Below, in pieces: positions 40,500 to 54,685 of a stretch of DNA of 64,000 nucleotides (positions are counted from its first letter, which is position 1; each line of letters opens with the position of its first letter). The translations under genes were made by a program, and so were the position numbers. This DNA is from Octopus vulgaris (lineage: Eukaryota), in NCBI GenBank assembly GCA_951406725.2, contig OX597819.1, forward strand, positions 71,734,001-71,798,000, given 5' to 3'. The notes under the pieces were generated by a model that was given only the letters and a program-made list of their open reading frames with translations, had not been told where the DNA came from and did no database searches.

Positions 40500-40859
40500 A
40501 ATCTATGAAACACAGTATGATTTGCTCAGAGGAATTGTTGAACTCTCCGTTTTATGGAATATGAGTCATTAAGTGCCAGTTTACAGACTAGCAGTACAAT
40601 TACAGCCAAAACATTTGCATATGCAGCGCCCTCTAGTTCAGTCCTCTACTACAAAGTGAGTTAACTATCTTATCTCAATGTGAAGGGGATAAGAAATATT
40701 ATCTGTGATATGGAGAAGGGCTACAAGGTGTTCACATAAAATATTTATAATTTGTATTTTCCTCATCTGCCTCCTCTTTCTTCCTCTTCCTCTCCTTCTT
40801 CTTCTTTTAACTCGAGTTTTGTTTTAACTCTCGGAATATGTGATGAGTAACGGGCATAC

Positions 40860-41050
40860 TACCTGCAGCCTAGAGTACCATAGTAATAGCTCTCTTTGCT
40901 GGTGATTCTAGCTGTGCTAAGGAGGTACACGTTTTGAAGCAGTCCTACCTGGCATCATTTTCCCATTTCCTATATGTTCCATTCCATATCTTTTGATACT
41001 GTCACCAAAGCCCCACCAATAATCGGTTCTGTCTTCACATCATCTACAAG
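40860..41050 (-). mobile_element. Old R4/Dong-like RLE C-terminal fragment
   Basis: VKTEPIIGGALVTVSKDMEWNI*...LLQNVYLLSTARI, cf. IPIIVGALG...IQKIALLGTAHI at 50450. Confidence 0.6.
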
Positions 41051-42377
41051 AAGCAGGTGTTCTCCAATGACAAAATACAACAGTAGTTGACATGTCCTCG
41101 ATCAGATCTCCTGAAAAGTATTAACACTGAATATTTACGCCATCGCTTTCGTCCTTGCTGCTCTCCAAACACGTGATAATTTATTATTGGTTTAGCAAAC
41201 ATCAGCAAATAATTTGTTTGCTTTATTTTATAAACAAGAATCGCCATTCTCCTTTTAATTCATTGATCCCGGAGTAGCTTTGTGTGAAGAGACATGCCCA
41301 GATCGAAACACCGGTCCCTCAAATTCCCCTAACATCAAGAATCGCATTTGTTGTAAACACACAACGTTTGAACAGAAGAGATTTTTCTTTGAAGATGAAA
41401 ATGCAACTACGATTAGCATTCTGATGTTCTAATCTCTTGGACCGTATTAATAATACTCTTTTAGTTATGTTCTCCACAATTTGCGACTTCTATATAAATT
41501 AAAATCTGTAGAATTTCGATTAGGTTTCCTTGTTAACAGGTCTTCCTTCCCAATTTTTGGACTTTGTATTTTATTTTACGTAATCCATCAAAACTTGTTC
41601 CACTTGGTAACTACACTTCATAGGAAAGGTCTTGAATTTGTAACAGCGTTACAAGATATTGAATTAGGGCTCAGAAATATAATATTTCGATAGAAAATAA
41701 TTAATTGCGACAGAAACAGTATACTGCGTCATTTACTCCGAGAGAGGGTTTCTCATAAAAACTCATGATGCATAAAAGCACACACAATGATATCTATGAT
41801 ATGAGAGATTCATCTGCTACGGTCATCGGAACTGCTAGTCACATAATTTCGCCCTGCTATGGATTCCTCAGTGATAGATGTCCATCGCTATCAATTATTT
41901 TTTTAATAAGCTCGGTGGCTATTTTCGACACCAGTGCCTGAATAGACATTGAAATTCTATTTATCGTTGACGAGAGATTCGGCTGTTATCGCACTAAGGA
42001 ATAAATAGCAGGGTGAAATCACAGGATCTGGGTGTCCTTGCGGCCATAGCAAACGACTCTTGTTTGTCATCGATATAATTTCAAGTGTTTTTATGCACCA
42101 CAAGTCCTTATGAGGATATTCTCTCAAGGTAAATAACGTAGAATTTTGAGTTCTAACCCAATTTCTACGTTAAGCTGCAGATCGAGATTGCCTAATGTCC
42201 CGCTCCTTGAACCAGGAAATTTACCTAAATTTTTGACACGAAGTCTAACGTCTGAAATTCTAGTAAGTTATGAAAGATTATTCTTTCAGCAGAATGACTA
42301 GTTACCTTTCGAGACGGCCATATGTCAAACACTTAAGCATGAAATTACTTAATTCATTATAATTTCTCTTTTCTCAG

Positions 42378-42546
42378 ATCAGGCTCAGAATTCCGAAAAC
42401 AATTTGAAAATTGAGAGAATTGTAAATGGTCGAGAATCTCAGAATTGTCAGTTTTCTGGAATCGTTCACATAAATGGAGCCGAAGGATTTCAATGTGCCG
42501 GCAATTTGTTGGATAAAGACTACGTGCTAAGTGCAGCTCACTGTGT
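42378..42546 (+). CDS. Trypsin-like (S1A) serine protease, exon with activation site and catalytic His
   Basis: tttctcttttctcag| ... |gtaagt; phase 1 to 2; [56 protein letters not shown]. Confidence 0.93.
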
Positions 42547-42643
42547 GTAAGTATTGCTCATATATATAGATAGATATAGATATATACATAAATACATATA
42601 TATATATATAGAATATATACATAAATACGTATGTGCATATACA

Positions 42644-42679
<36 letters not shown>

Positions 42680-42764
42680 CATATATATACATGCATATAT
42701 ATATATAAATATATATATATATACATTCATATATATGTTATATTGATGACTGTATTGGTGTGAC

Positions 42765-43505
42765 CTAACTCTCCTGCGAACATCTAGACTCCTTCCTCTC
42801 TTTTGTTAAATCTTTCCATCCTGCCTTCCACTTCTCTTGCACTATCTCTGACACTTCTGTCTCCTTTCTTGACATTTCGGTCAGCAGTCATCACTCCACT
42901 CTCACCATCTCTATCCACTACAAACACACAGACTCACACTCATACCTCAACTTCACCTCCTCCCACTCTAAACTCACCAAGCTCTCCATCCCCTATTCCC
43001 AATTCCTCCGTCTACTTAGGCTCTGCAGTGACGACTATGACTTTGAGACTCAGTCTCAATTCTTGGCTCACCACTTCATCCTACGTGGATATCCCCTCAC
43101 CTCTATCCACACCGCCCTTGCCAGAGCATGTTCCGTGGACCGTGCATCTACTCTCTCCCCCGCAACAGCCCCGCCGTCTCCCATCTCCCGATTCCCTTCA
43201 CCTACCATCCCACCACCCTACCTCTCTAACGCACTATTCTCCGAGCCTTCTGTCGACTCCAGTCCGACCCCTCCACTTCACACATCTTCCCTAACCGATC
43301 CATCCCCTCCTTCAAACGAGCCCACAGCTTCTTCCTTAACCCAACCTCCCAACCCGACTCGTTTCCCTGCTCCCGTCCACGCTGCCGCACTTGCCCTTAC
43401 CACTCCAACATCACCCTCCTCACTGGCACTCATCAACGACCCTATCATATCACCGACTCCTTCACCTGCACTTCTAGTAATGTCATCTACTGCATTTCTT
43501 GCTCT
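42765..43505 (+). mobile_element. Penelope-like element fragment (RT C-terminus, Cys-rich linker, start of GIY-YIG), intronic
   Basis: SIPYSQFLRLLRLCSDDYDFETQS..HFILRGYP, FPCSRPRCRTCPY, FTCTSSNVIYCISCSL. Confidence 0.85.
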
Positions 43506-44241
43506 CTCTCTCTCTCTCTCTCTGCCCGTCTCTCTCTCTATATATATGTATGTATGTATGTACGTATGTATGTATGTATGTATGTTTGTATGTATGTATG
43601 TATGTATGTATGTATGTATGTATGTATGTATGTATGTATGTATACACATACATAAAGGGTAAAGAACCTTTCGGTCATGAATCACATGTGATTGGATCTA
43701 GAAAGTCCCCTCTAAAGCACAAGTCCAAGTGAGGTTGTTTATGGAGGACTAGCAAACGCCTATGCATACCAGCCTCTCCTCTCTACGCCGTCGGTATTAT
43801 CGAAGGAAAAGGCAAAGGCCGATACAGCATGGCACCAGTGACGCAACAACTCATTCCTACAGCTGAGTGAAATAAAGTGTCTTGCTCAAGAGAGCAATAC
43901 ACAGCCCAGTCCAGGAATCGAACACTGAAAAGATGATGAAAATAGTTGTGCCCCAGCATGAGAACATATAAAAGAAAATAAAAGAAATATATATCAAATA
44001 TTCTAATTAAAATATTTTCAGTAATGTCTTCGGGACAAAGGAACTGCTCCCTCTGGCGTGTTGCCCCCGTAAATATGATACATACTCCAATAATACCCCT
44101 TTAAATCTTACGTATACCCCAAGAATACCCTCGTTACATCCAATATATTACCCCATTGTATTCATTTGCATCATGTCATTAAAACGATTATTAAAATGCT
44201 TGGTAAGTGGTTTAATGTAAGCAACAATTTTGCTACTTCAG

Positions 44242-44372
44242 TGCAATGCAGAACCGATCTCTAGATCTCAGCATTTCCATGGGGTCCACTGTTCGAAGCC
44301 AGGCCACCACCAGTCGACATGTTTCGCAAATTATCGTACATGAAGCTTTCCGACATGATGACGGAAATTACT
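44242..44372 (+). CDS. S1A serine protease, middle exon
   Basis: ttttgctacttcag| ... |gtaagg; 131 nt, phase 2 to 1, exactly bridging the flanking exons; AMQNRSLDLSISMGSTVRSQATTSRHVSQIIVHEAFRHDDGNY. Confidence 0.88.
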
Positions 44373-44547
44373 GTAAGGAATTGTTTTTAAATCTAATCTC
44401 TTTTTAGTTATATTTCATCTCAAGTCTTTCACACTTTGTCTCATAATGTTTGTTTGTATCTAATTTCATACTTATTGGTTTTATATATATATACATACAC
44501 ACACACACTCGCACTAACATATACACACATATATATACATTATACAT

Positions 44548-44595
<48 letters not shown>

Positions 44596-44880
44596 GTGTG
44601 TGTGTGGCGTAATGACCCTCCCAAGAAACAACAAAATTTGTTTCAAAACAAGAATTCACATCAAGAAACTTGCAAAGCAGATATGTATTTATGCATGTAT
44701 GTATGTATGTATGTATGTATGTATGTATGTATGTATGTATGTATGAATGCATGCATATATGTATGAATGTATGTATGTGTGTATGTATGCATGCGTGCAT
44801 GTATATATGTATGTATGTATGCATGTATGTATGTATTATGCATGCATGTATGTATCTATATATGTATGTATATATGTATG

Positions 44881-44911
<31 letters not shown>

Positions 44912-46733
44912 ATATGCATCCATGTATGTATATATGCATGCATGTATGTATGTATGTATGCATTTTGTTTTTAATTATATAAATTCTTCCCATGAGAAAG
45001 GAGCTGATTTCCAGCAAAGATACGAATCTCCACCATTGGAATGTAGATAACGAAAACAGTGTCACATTTTAAACTTGAGAAAAGTTTTGCATAATTTTAC
45101 TGTTTTACTTACAGATTGCATTTTATAGTGTGATGAAAGAAGTTTGCTGTGCAACAATAGGTTTTTAGTTCAGTGCTACTTCGTGGCACCTTGGGCAAGA
45201 GTCTTCTGACGCTTCCCAACTTGTATCTAATAGTTTCACCTTCCATATTCTGAGGAAACTGTGAAAAATTTAACAGAGCTGTGGCTTTATATAAGAACCT
45301 GACTAAAATTCCTTAGAAATGTGCTGTAGAAAAGTAAGCGACGGCTTTTTAATGTAATAGCAGAAAAGTATGACAGAATGACAAGAATTATCCTCCCGAA
45401 TGAGGAATTGACACTACATATATGAATTCTATGTATAAGAAATGAAACTGGAAATTAATTAATTAAATAATATGAGAGCTGCGTTAACGCCTGCTTAGCG
45501 ATATGAACTCTAATTAGAGAAAGTATGCAGTGCCCCCGAAACGTCACAGCTATAGCCTATTTTCAAATTGTTTCTGTTTACGAAAACGCTAAATTTGTTT
45601 ACGTAAACTATATTTAGGCAGAATGCTTTAGTTTATAAATTAATGAGAAATATAAAGAAAAGTTTTAATGTCCCTTCTGTATTGTGTGAAAGGTTACAAA
45701 AATAATATTTAATATGAATCGTATTGCATAAATGTATAGATTGTAGAATGTGTATTGTTGGTTATATATAAGATGACAATAAACAACTATATGGATACAT
45801 ACTAGGGATAACTTAGCTTTAAGACAATTACATAGACGCATACATACATACATACATAGACACTTAGATACACAGACACACACAGACACACACATACATA
45901 CATACATACATACATATATACATACATACATGCATACATACATACATACATACATACATACATACATACATACATACATACATACATACATACATACATA
46001 CATACATACACACGCTCATACATCCATAGAGGTCTGCTATACTGCCGGTGTGAATATCTTTTTAACAATGAAAGAGAAAAAAGGATAACATACGCATAAC
46101 TGCTTCAGAACCTTAAGAGTCTGTATATTCAGAACATAAATTAACATTTACGTTCATTGCAAATAAAATCTGTAAGAGGAATAGTAGTGCTATGCAAGAA
46201 TTATCCCAAGTTTAAAAAGTGGAATTGTTTTTGTCATCTACTTTCCTCACAGGAAAACTTCAAATAATTAAAAGCAATGGAGAACGCACATGAAGTGACA
46301 GACACATATAATACATACACACGCACATACATACATACATACATACATACATACATACATACATACATACATACAAACATATATACATACAAACAAATAT
46401 GCATATATAATAAACAAGTGTGTGTGTGTGTGTGTGTAAATTATCTCTGAGTATGTGTGAGTTCCGTGTTACGGTGTTTAAGCGAAAATAAGGAACACCT
46501 TCCAACTTTCTTTCCTTCTCTGTATATATTATGCTTGTGTTCAGGAAGTGGTTGAAGGGGGGGAAAGCAATTAAAATGTATTAATTGCTTACTTTCTAAT
46601 TATATTTAGATATAATGATAATTAGCTTGGAGTAAATTAGTTGTCAACACTTCTGTTTGTTTATTGAGGCTGTCATTCTTGATCTGCTCCCTCCCTCTTT
46701 CTTTCTCATTCTCCTTCTCTTTTCTGTCTTTCT

Positions 46734-46766
<33 letters not shown>

Positions 46767-49700
46767 TCAGTCTTTCTCTCTCTTCTTTCCTCTCACTCAC
46801 TCACTCTCTCTCTCTCTCTCACTTCCTTCCTCTCTCACTCTCTGTCTGTTTTCTCTCATTTTCATTTTGTTCTCTTTCTTTTCTTTCTTCCTCTCTCTCC
46901 CGCCCTTCCTCTCCTCTCCTCTATCTCTCTCATTTTCACCTTTCTCTTTCTTGCTTTCAGAATTGTTTTAATAATCCACACTTTTATTTAGCAATTTGTA
47001 TGCACGAAAACACTCACAGCTACATATTTACACACACAGACACACACAAATTACGAAAATTTTGATTCAAGTAACTTTCTGCTGAATTTTAACTTTTCAC
47101 TTCATTATTTCAAATTAATAGAACTGAGATTTTTTAGGAATTAAAACTCTATATGTTTTCATGGGCGTCAGACATATAGTGGATGTGGTTGGAATGAAAA
47201 CGAATTAAAAGTATATGTAGAAGTTAAAAACGTAATGTCTATATCCCATAAAGCCTAATCAAGCGCTCTGGAATCATACTGATATAATTCTTAGATACTA
47301 TGTTATGTATCCCAATACATTTCGGCAACCATTTTTTTTTTTTAGGGTACACAAACTAAAAGTCCCCATCGTATTGCAGGCGATTCGAACTTAAAACTGA
47401 GAATTACCAAATATATTGGTTTAAAATTTTAACACAGAGGAATGCAGGGGTCAATTATATTGATCTCGATGTTCAGCTGGTATTTATTTTATTGACCCCG
47501 AAAGGATGAAAGGTAAAATCGACCTTGGAGGAATTTGAACTCGGATGAGGGCGAACGAAATGCCATTATGCATGTTGCCAAGCGTGCTAACTATTCTTAC
47601 AGCTCACCGCACATAAAACATCTTTTTTTCTCTGCCCACTATTCATCTGAAGGTAATGATGGTAGAATCCTCAGGCACCATCTGCATAGGATCCTATTGG
47701 AAGCAACTTTCATGACGCATTAAGAAAATCCAATGCAAATACAGGCTTGAAGCGTTAAAAGCGGCAATATGAAAAGGGTTCGAACATCGTCCGTTACACG
47801 TGTTAGCAAGGAATGCTTTTGGATCTTAAGTAAAGGGGCCCATTAAGAAACTTATTGCACTCTCCATCCATTGGAGGTACAGCTAGCAGTAAGCCTGCAA
47901 CTTGTTCCGAGAAGTGTAGGTGGGAGCATAAAGGATGCGTGTTGAAAGACCTTGAAGCAAGTTCAAGAGTAACCAACCATTAATGGATTGGATGAAGCAT
48001 TCTTCTTCCTTCTAAAGAGGTCAGTCATATCATCGACATCAGTAAAGTTAATATACTTTAATTTATAACACTTTTATATCCTCTACCTTTGGTTTTAAAG
48101 GTGTTACATGTTAAGCACTTGAAAAAATCCTGTCTCTCTGTCGATTTCGACGATGCATGTTCCACTTGATCCGATCAACAGAACAGACTCCTCCTCAAAT
48201 TAATGTGCAAGTGACCGAGCACTCCACAGACACATGTACCCTTAATGTAGTTCTCGGGGAGATTCAGCGTGACAGAGAATGTGACAAAGTTGGCCTTTTG
48301 AATTACAGGTTCAACTCATTTTTGCCAGCTGAGTGGACTGGAGTGTCTTGTTCAAGGACACAACGCACCGCTGTTAATCGAACTCACAACCCTACGATCG
48401 TAAGCTGAATACCTTAACTACTAAGTCATGTGCATTCACTGTTATGCGGAAACACTTTGGGAAAAGGAAGCGCAAGGATTTCAACCGGAAATCGAAATCT
48501 TGTAAATGATAACCGCAGCCGGGTGTGTACATCTTGTTGTCCTTGTAGGGTTAAATTCTTTCGTTTGCTTGAATCTGCAGTCGGTGAGATGCTATTATAT
48601 AACTGGTCTTAATTTCACTCAGATGGACAGCGTAATATGTGATACAGTGAATTAGAAGAAATAGCTATAGTTTCTGTCACTTTATCACTATAAATATCAA
48701 CATAGATACTTCCTTATTTAATTATTTAGGCATAAGAAGGATTTAGCCGATGGCATAAATCGTTGAATCTAAACTAATCCAGATGCCAGAAGACCTAGAT
48801 TGGATTTGAATAAGAAACAGCCATACACGGTCTCAACTAAAAGTGGTAATACAATGTAGACCGTTGCTCAACCGGTTCTGCTAATTCTTCACACTGCTCA
48901 TTACAAGTACTTACCATACTTTCTGGCAATATATATGCTAAGGCATAACGTATTTCGAGAACGCTTTGATCTCCAAGATGCACTATAATATGGAGTTTTA
49001 AATTTTGCATAGCATTTTATCGATGCATTCTTAGGTTCCATCATGGTATAAATACACCGTCCTTCTATATAAACATGCAAGGTACAACCTAGATGACCTA
49101 TTCAATAATTAACATAATAAATAGGTGCCTCTATGTATGTGTGTATGTATGTATGTATGTATGTATGTATGTATGTATATGTACCTTCAGTACACTACTG
49201 GCAAAAGATGCCTAATGGTGGTTTTTCCTTACAATAAAATCAATGTTATAGTACCCAGCCAGTCTTGGCGTCCTATTTGTTGATGCCCCTAGAGCAATGT
49301 CTGACAAAATATGTACTGCAGCGGTGTGCCGCGAGAGATTCCTAGAGTGCTTCGAAAAATATTTTCGGTATTTTAAGGAAACAACGATTCAAGAACAACG
49401 ATCGTAAGGTCAAAAAAAAGCATGACCACAACTCTGAGCTGAAACTACAATATATATATATATATATATATATAAATTAAATTAGAGATAAAACCACAAT
49501 TAGACAACTCAAACAGTGATAGACATAAACCAAAACATAAAAAACAAAACATAAATATAATTTATTTAATATATAATATATATATATAAAATATAAATTT
49601 TGAAATTTAAATTATTAAAATTTTAAAATTTAAATTATTAAAATTTAAAATTTTAAAATTTATATTTTTAATTTTTTTAATTTAAATTTTTTTATATATA

Positions 49701-49806
49701 ACTAACCAAAAAGTATAAAAAAGTTAAATATAATATAATAAGTAAAAACACTACGTACGTTTCAATCCTAAAACTAATTTTTCCCTGTAAGTTTGGATAT
49801 ACTCCC

Positions 49807-49873
<67 letters not shown>

Positions 49874-50330
49874 GAGTGAGAGAGCAGTTCATGCCATCAA
49901 AGTGACACTGGGGTAAAATATACGAAGCCCAATATACCCATCATGACTACCCGTCTGATAAGGGTACACCAGGCACATGCATCACAACCATATGTGCGCG
50001 ATATTGTGATTTCATATCAAGATAAACAGCACATGACCTTGCAGGTGGGGCCAGTTGGAATTATCTTCAGGTTGAGTAGCCCATCCCGCTCAAAAGGTCC
50101 CTGAATAAGGGTTGTTTAAGGATGTTGAAAGAACCACCCATGTTTCCAGAGGTGAATTATTCAAATCCCAAATAATCCCTCTCAACACATGGCTATGATG
50201 GTCCCCCACTACTTCTGCTTGTGATCAGAGATGCACATATCATCAGCCACCAAGGGACATGCTCAACTGGTTAAGGTCAAACAACCGACAAGCAAATCTG
50301 TGGTATTGAGCAGAATATTTGCTGTAGCCC
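49874..50330 (-). mobile_element. Non-coding (TAA)n-flanked retroposon, same family as 4954-6455
   Basis: Pairwise similarity; (ATT)n on both sides. Confidence 0.75.
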
Positions 50331-50345
50331 TATTATTATTATTAT

Positions 50346-51040
50346 TCAGTAGTTTTATTTTTATTTTTATAGCGTGCTTTCACTTCACTACCGAGCGCAG
50401 CTCTGTGTGCCTTGGGTATGTGCTGTGATTTGTTGTGATGCTCTGATGGTTATTGTATGGAAAGTGTTCTGCGTAGGATGTGGGCAGTGCCTAGTAGTGC
50501 AATTTTCTGTATGTTATATGTGTTTGTAAGTCCTGGTGTTTTTGTTATGTATTTGTCTGAATATTTTTTTATCATGCCTAATGCACCTACTATGATAGGA
50601 ATTGTTTCTGTTTTCAGATTCCACATTCTAGTTACCTCTATTTCCAGGTCTTTGTATTTTGAGAGTTTCTCCATTTCTTTTAGAGACACGTTGTCATCTG
50701 CCGGTATTGATACATCAATTAAAAAGCATTTTTTTCTTCATGATCTCTGACAACTATATCTGGTCTGTTGGCCTTAATTTCTCTATCTGTGTGTATCGGC
50801 ATATCCCAGAGTATGGTTGCTTTCTCGTTTTCTGTGACCTTTTCTGGTGTGTGCCTATACCATCTTTTTTCTGTTGTTATTCCATAATGTTGGCATAGCT
50901 TCCAATGTATGTAGGTTCCAACTCTGTCATGTCTGTGAATATATTCCTTCTTAGCCAGGACTGGGCAGCTAGAGATAATATGATTTATTGTTTCTTGTCC
51001 ATCTCCACATATTCTGCAGTTACTTGTAATATTTCTTTTT
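50346..51040 (-). mobile_element. R4/Dong non-LTR element, 5'-truncated copy (zinc finger and RLE)
   Basis: Nearly identical to 51485-52172; CRICGDGQETINHIISSC, RHD, RPDIVV, KYKDL, IPIIVGALG. Confidence 0.92.
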
Positions 51041-51403
51041 CCACATATTCTGCAGTTACTTGTAATATTTCTTTTCCACATATTCTGCAGTTACTTGTAA
51101 TATTTCTTTTCCACATATTCTGCAGTTACTTGTAATATTTCTTTTCCACATATTCTGCAGTTACTTGTAATATTTCTTTTAGTTACTTGTAATATTTCTT
51201 TTAGTTACTTGTAATATTTCTTTTAGTTACTTGTAATATTTCTTTTAGTTACTTGTAATATTTCTTTTAGTTACTTGTAATATTTCTTTTAGTTACTTGT
51301 AATATTTCTTTTAGTTACTTGTAATATTTCTTTTAGTTACTTGTAATATTTCTTTTAGTTACTTGTAATATTTCTTTTAGTTACTTGTAATATTTTCTTG
51401 TAA

Positions 51404-51407
<4 letters not shown>
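51005..51407. repeat. Tandem array at the R4 5' junction: 5 x 35 bp, 9 x 22 bp, then partial units
   Basis: Units ccacatattctgcagttacttgtaatatttctttt and agttacttgtaatatttctttt; both derive from R4 ORF sequence that is single-copy at 52138-52172. Confidence 0.92.
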
Positions 51408-51484
<77 letters not shown>

Positions 51485-51488
<4 letters not shown>

Positions 51489-54400
51489 TAGTTTTATTTT
51501 TATAGCGTGCTTTCACTTCACTACCGAGCGCAGCTCTGTGTGCCTTGGGTATGTGCTGTGATTTGTTGTGATGCTTTGATGGTTATTGTATGGAAAGTGT
51601 TCAGCGTAGGATGTGTGCAGTGCCTAGTAGTGCAATTTTCTGTATGTTATATGTGTTTGTAAGTCCTGGTGTTTTTGTTATGTATTTGTCTGAATATTTT
51701 TTTATCATGCCTAATGCACCTACTATGATAGGAATTGTTTCTGTTTTCAGATTCCACATTCTAGTTACCTCTATTTCCAGATCTTTGTATTTTGAGAGTT
51801 TCTCCATTTCTTTTAGAGACACGTTGTCATCAGCCGGTATTGATACATCAATTAGAAAGCATTTTTTTCTTCATGTACTCTGACAACTATATCTGGTCTG
51901 TTGGCCTTAATTTCTCTATCTGTGTGTATCGGCATATCCCAGAGTAAGGTTGCTTTCTCGTTTTCTGTGACCTTTTCTGGTGTGTGCCTATACCATCTTT
52001 TTTCTGTTGTTATTCCATAATGTTGGCATAGCTTCCAATGTATGTAGGTTCCGACTCTGTCATGTCTGTGAATATATTCCTTCTTAGCCAGTACTGGGCA
52101 GCTAGAGATAATATGATTTATTGTTTCTTGTCCATCTCCACATATTCTGCAGTTACTTGTAATATTTCTTTTCATTACATGTTTTTGGTAATTTCTGGTG
52201 GGGAGGCTTTGGTCTTGTGCTGCAATTAAAAATCCCTCTGTTTCTGCTTTGAGTCCTGAGCTTCTCAACCATTGCTGGGATTTTTCTTTGTCTATTTCTT
52301 TTGCGTTTAGTTTAGTGCAGTATTTACCATGAAGGGGCTTTTCTTGCCATCGTTTTATCATGGTTCGTTGCTGTTCTATTTTTAGTTTGGATTTCATTTG
52401 TTTTATAGCTTTTGTTGTTTCTTCATCTTTCTTCTTCTTCTTCATGTTTATTAGGTGGTATGATTTCTTGTTTGTATTTGTCAGCTTCCTTAAATACTGA
52501 GAACAGTTTTTTGTTTTGCTCGTGTTTTGCCGCTATCTTGATCAGTTTTCCTTCCTTCTGAAGTAGATATTTTTGCAGTCCTATGGTGGTTATTTTATAG
52601 TAGTTTTCCAGCTGTATAAGGCCTCTACCACCTTCTATACGTTGTATATAGTCTTTCTATGTCAGATTTTGGGTGATGCATCCTAGATCCTGTCATTATT
52701 TTTCTTGTTTTCCTATCTATTTTGGTCAGTTCATTTCGTGTCCAGTTAAGGATATTGTAGCCGTAACTTATAACTGGGACAGCTAAAGTGTTGATACCTA
52801 TTATCTTGTTTTTAGCATTGAGCTCTGTGTTTAGTATTGATCAAACTCGTCTATAATATTCTTTTTTTATTTTCTCTTTCATTTGTGTGTGTTGTGTCTT
52901 ATCTAGTTCATGGATTCCTAAGTATTTGTAAGTTTGGCTTTGGTTTAATTCTTTTATTTCATTGGTTTTATCTAGTGTGATGTTGTTACTCTTAACTAGT
53001 TTTCCTCTTTTCATGGTTACTTTGGCGCATTTTTCTAATTCAAATTTCATATCTATTTCTTTGGTAAATCCATGAACTGTCTTTAATAGTGTTTCCAGCT
53101 GTTTGTCATTTGCAGCGTATAGTTTTAGGTCATCCATAAATAAAAGGTGGCTGATCGTTTTGCCGTAACATTTATATCCGCATCCAGTTCTATTTAGCAT
53201 ATCAGATAGAGGTGACAGTGCCAAGCAGAAAAGGAGTGGAGAGAGCGTGTCTCCCTGGAATATTCCTCTTCTAATGGGGATGTCTTTGGTTTTCATGAGT
53301 CCCTCTTTTGTTTGGAGGTGTAGGACTGTTTACCATTTATTCATAGAGTGCTCTATGAATTTTATGATTGTTGGTGCTACTTTGTTAATGGCTAGTGTTT
53401 CGAGGATCCATGTGTGGGGGATGCTATCAAACGCCTTTTTGTAGTCAATCCAGGCCATACTGAGGCCTTTCTTCTTTCTGTGGCTGTCTTCAGTTATGGC
53501 TTTATTAATCATTAATTGATCTTTACAGCCATGAGCCTTTGCGGCATCCTTTCTGCTCTTCTGGAAACAGTTTGTTTTCGTCCAGGTGCTTGTTCAGCCT
53601 TTGTGATATCACTGCAGTAAATGCCTTGAACATAGTAGGGAGGCAGGTTATTGGTCTGTAGTTTTCTGGTTTTTCTGTTTCATTTGATTTGGGAATTAAG
53701 ATGGTTTTCCCCTTCGTGAGCCATTCAGGCATTGTCTCAGGCTCTGCTAGTACGTTGTTAAAGTTTTCAGCCAGCTTTTTGTGCATTCCTGTTAGATATT
53801 TCAACCAGAAGTTGGGGATCTTGTCATGCCCAGGTGCCTTCCAGTTGCTTAGTCTTTGCAGTGCCTGGGTGACCTCTTCAGTTGTTATGGGGGTCCAAAG
53901 TTGTTCAGATGCCGAGTTTGTTATTTTGATACTCCTTTTTTTTTGGTGGTTCGTTCGCCGACCATATTTCTCTCCAGAATTCTTCCAATTCTTCTGCCGT
54001 TGGTGCTGCAGTGACTTCTATTTTATTTTTGCCCAGTTCTTGGTAGAACTTTTTGGGGTTGGAGTTGAACTTTTTGTTTTCTTCAAAGAAGCGTTGGCGT
54101 TTCTTGTACCGGCGGATCCTTTGTGCTTTGGCAAGGATATCTTGCTTCAGCTTTTCTTTTATTTCAGGCAAATCTTTCTCTGTGATGTTATATTTGCGGA
54201 GTATTTTTGTTCTCTTTTTGTTGCTCAGTAGCGTTGATTGTTTGCTGATTTCATTAAGAATCGACAGGTCTTTTCTAATTTTTTTATTTTGCTTTGGATG
54301 TTATTTATCCACATGGTTTGTTTGGGTGGTGGTACTCCTGTTTGGGCGGGTTTGGGTGAGTATCCAGCTTCTTTTGTGGCTGCAGTGGCTGCTGCGTATA

Positions 54401-54608
54401 TTAAGTTATTTAGCTCAGTGATATCACTTTTTTTTTATTCAGTGACTATCAGTTCAGTGACGGCTAGGTTTATGCTGTTTATAATAGGTGTTGTTATTTC
54501 GTTTATTTTGATTCTTGGGAGGTATGGTCGGTGGTCCATTTTGAGCTCTGTGGTTTTCAGTTCTTTGATTATTTTATTTTTTATGTTATCATAATCATTA
54601 GGCTCCCC

Positions 54609-54685
<77 letters not shown>

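Noticed and set aside
44022-44202. Alternative middle exon for the protease (ttttcag|...|gtaagt)
   Set aside because: Translation has no S1 features and ends in phase 0; 44242-44372 fits both phase and motif.
45530-45555. GAAA-CG-TC-ACAGC as a hammerhead 3' half
   Set aside because: No upstream CUGANGA with a complementary stem I.
47640-48050. Possible ancient coding or retroelement relic on the minus strand
   Set aside because: No motif I could identify with confidence.
51005-51407. 35-bp repeats as a CRISPR array
   Set aside because: No spacers, eukaryotic context, and the units derive from the R4 ORF.
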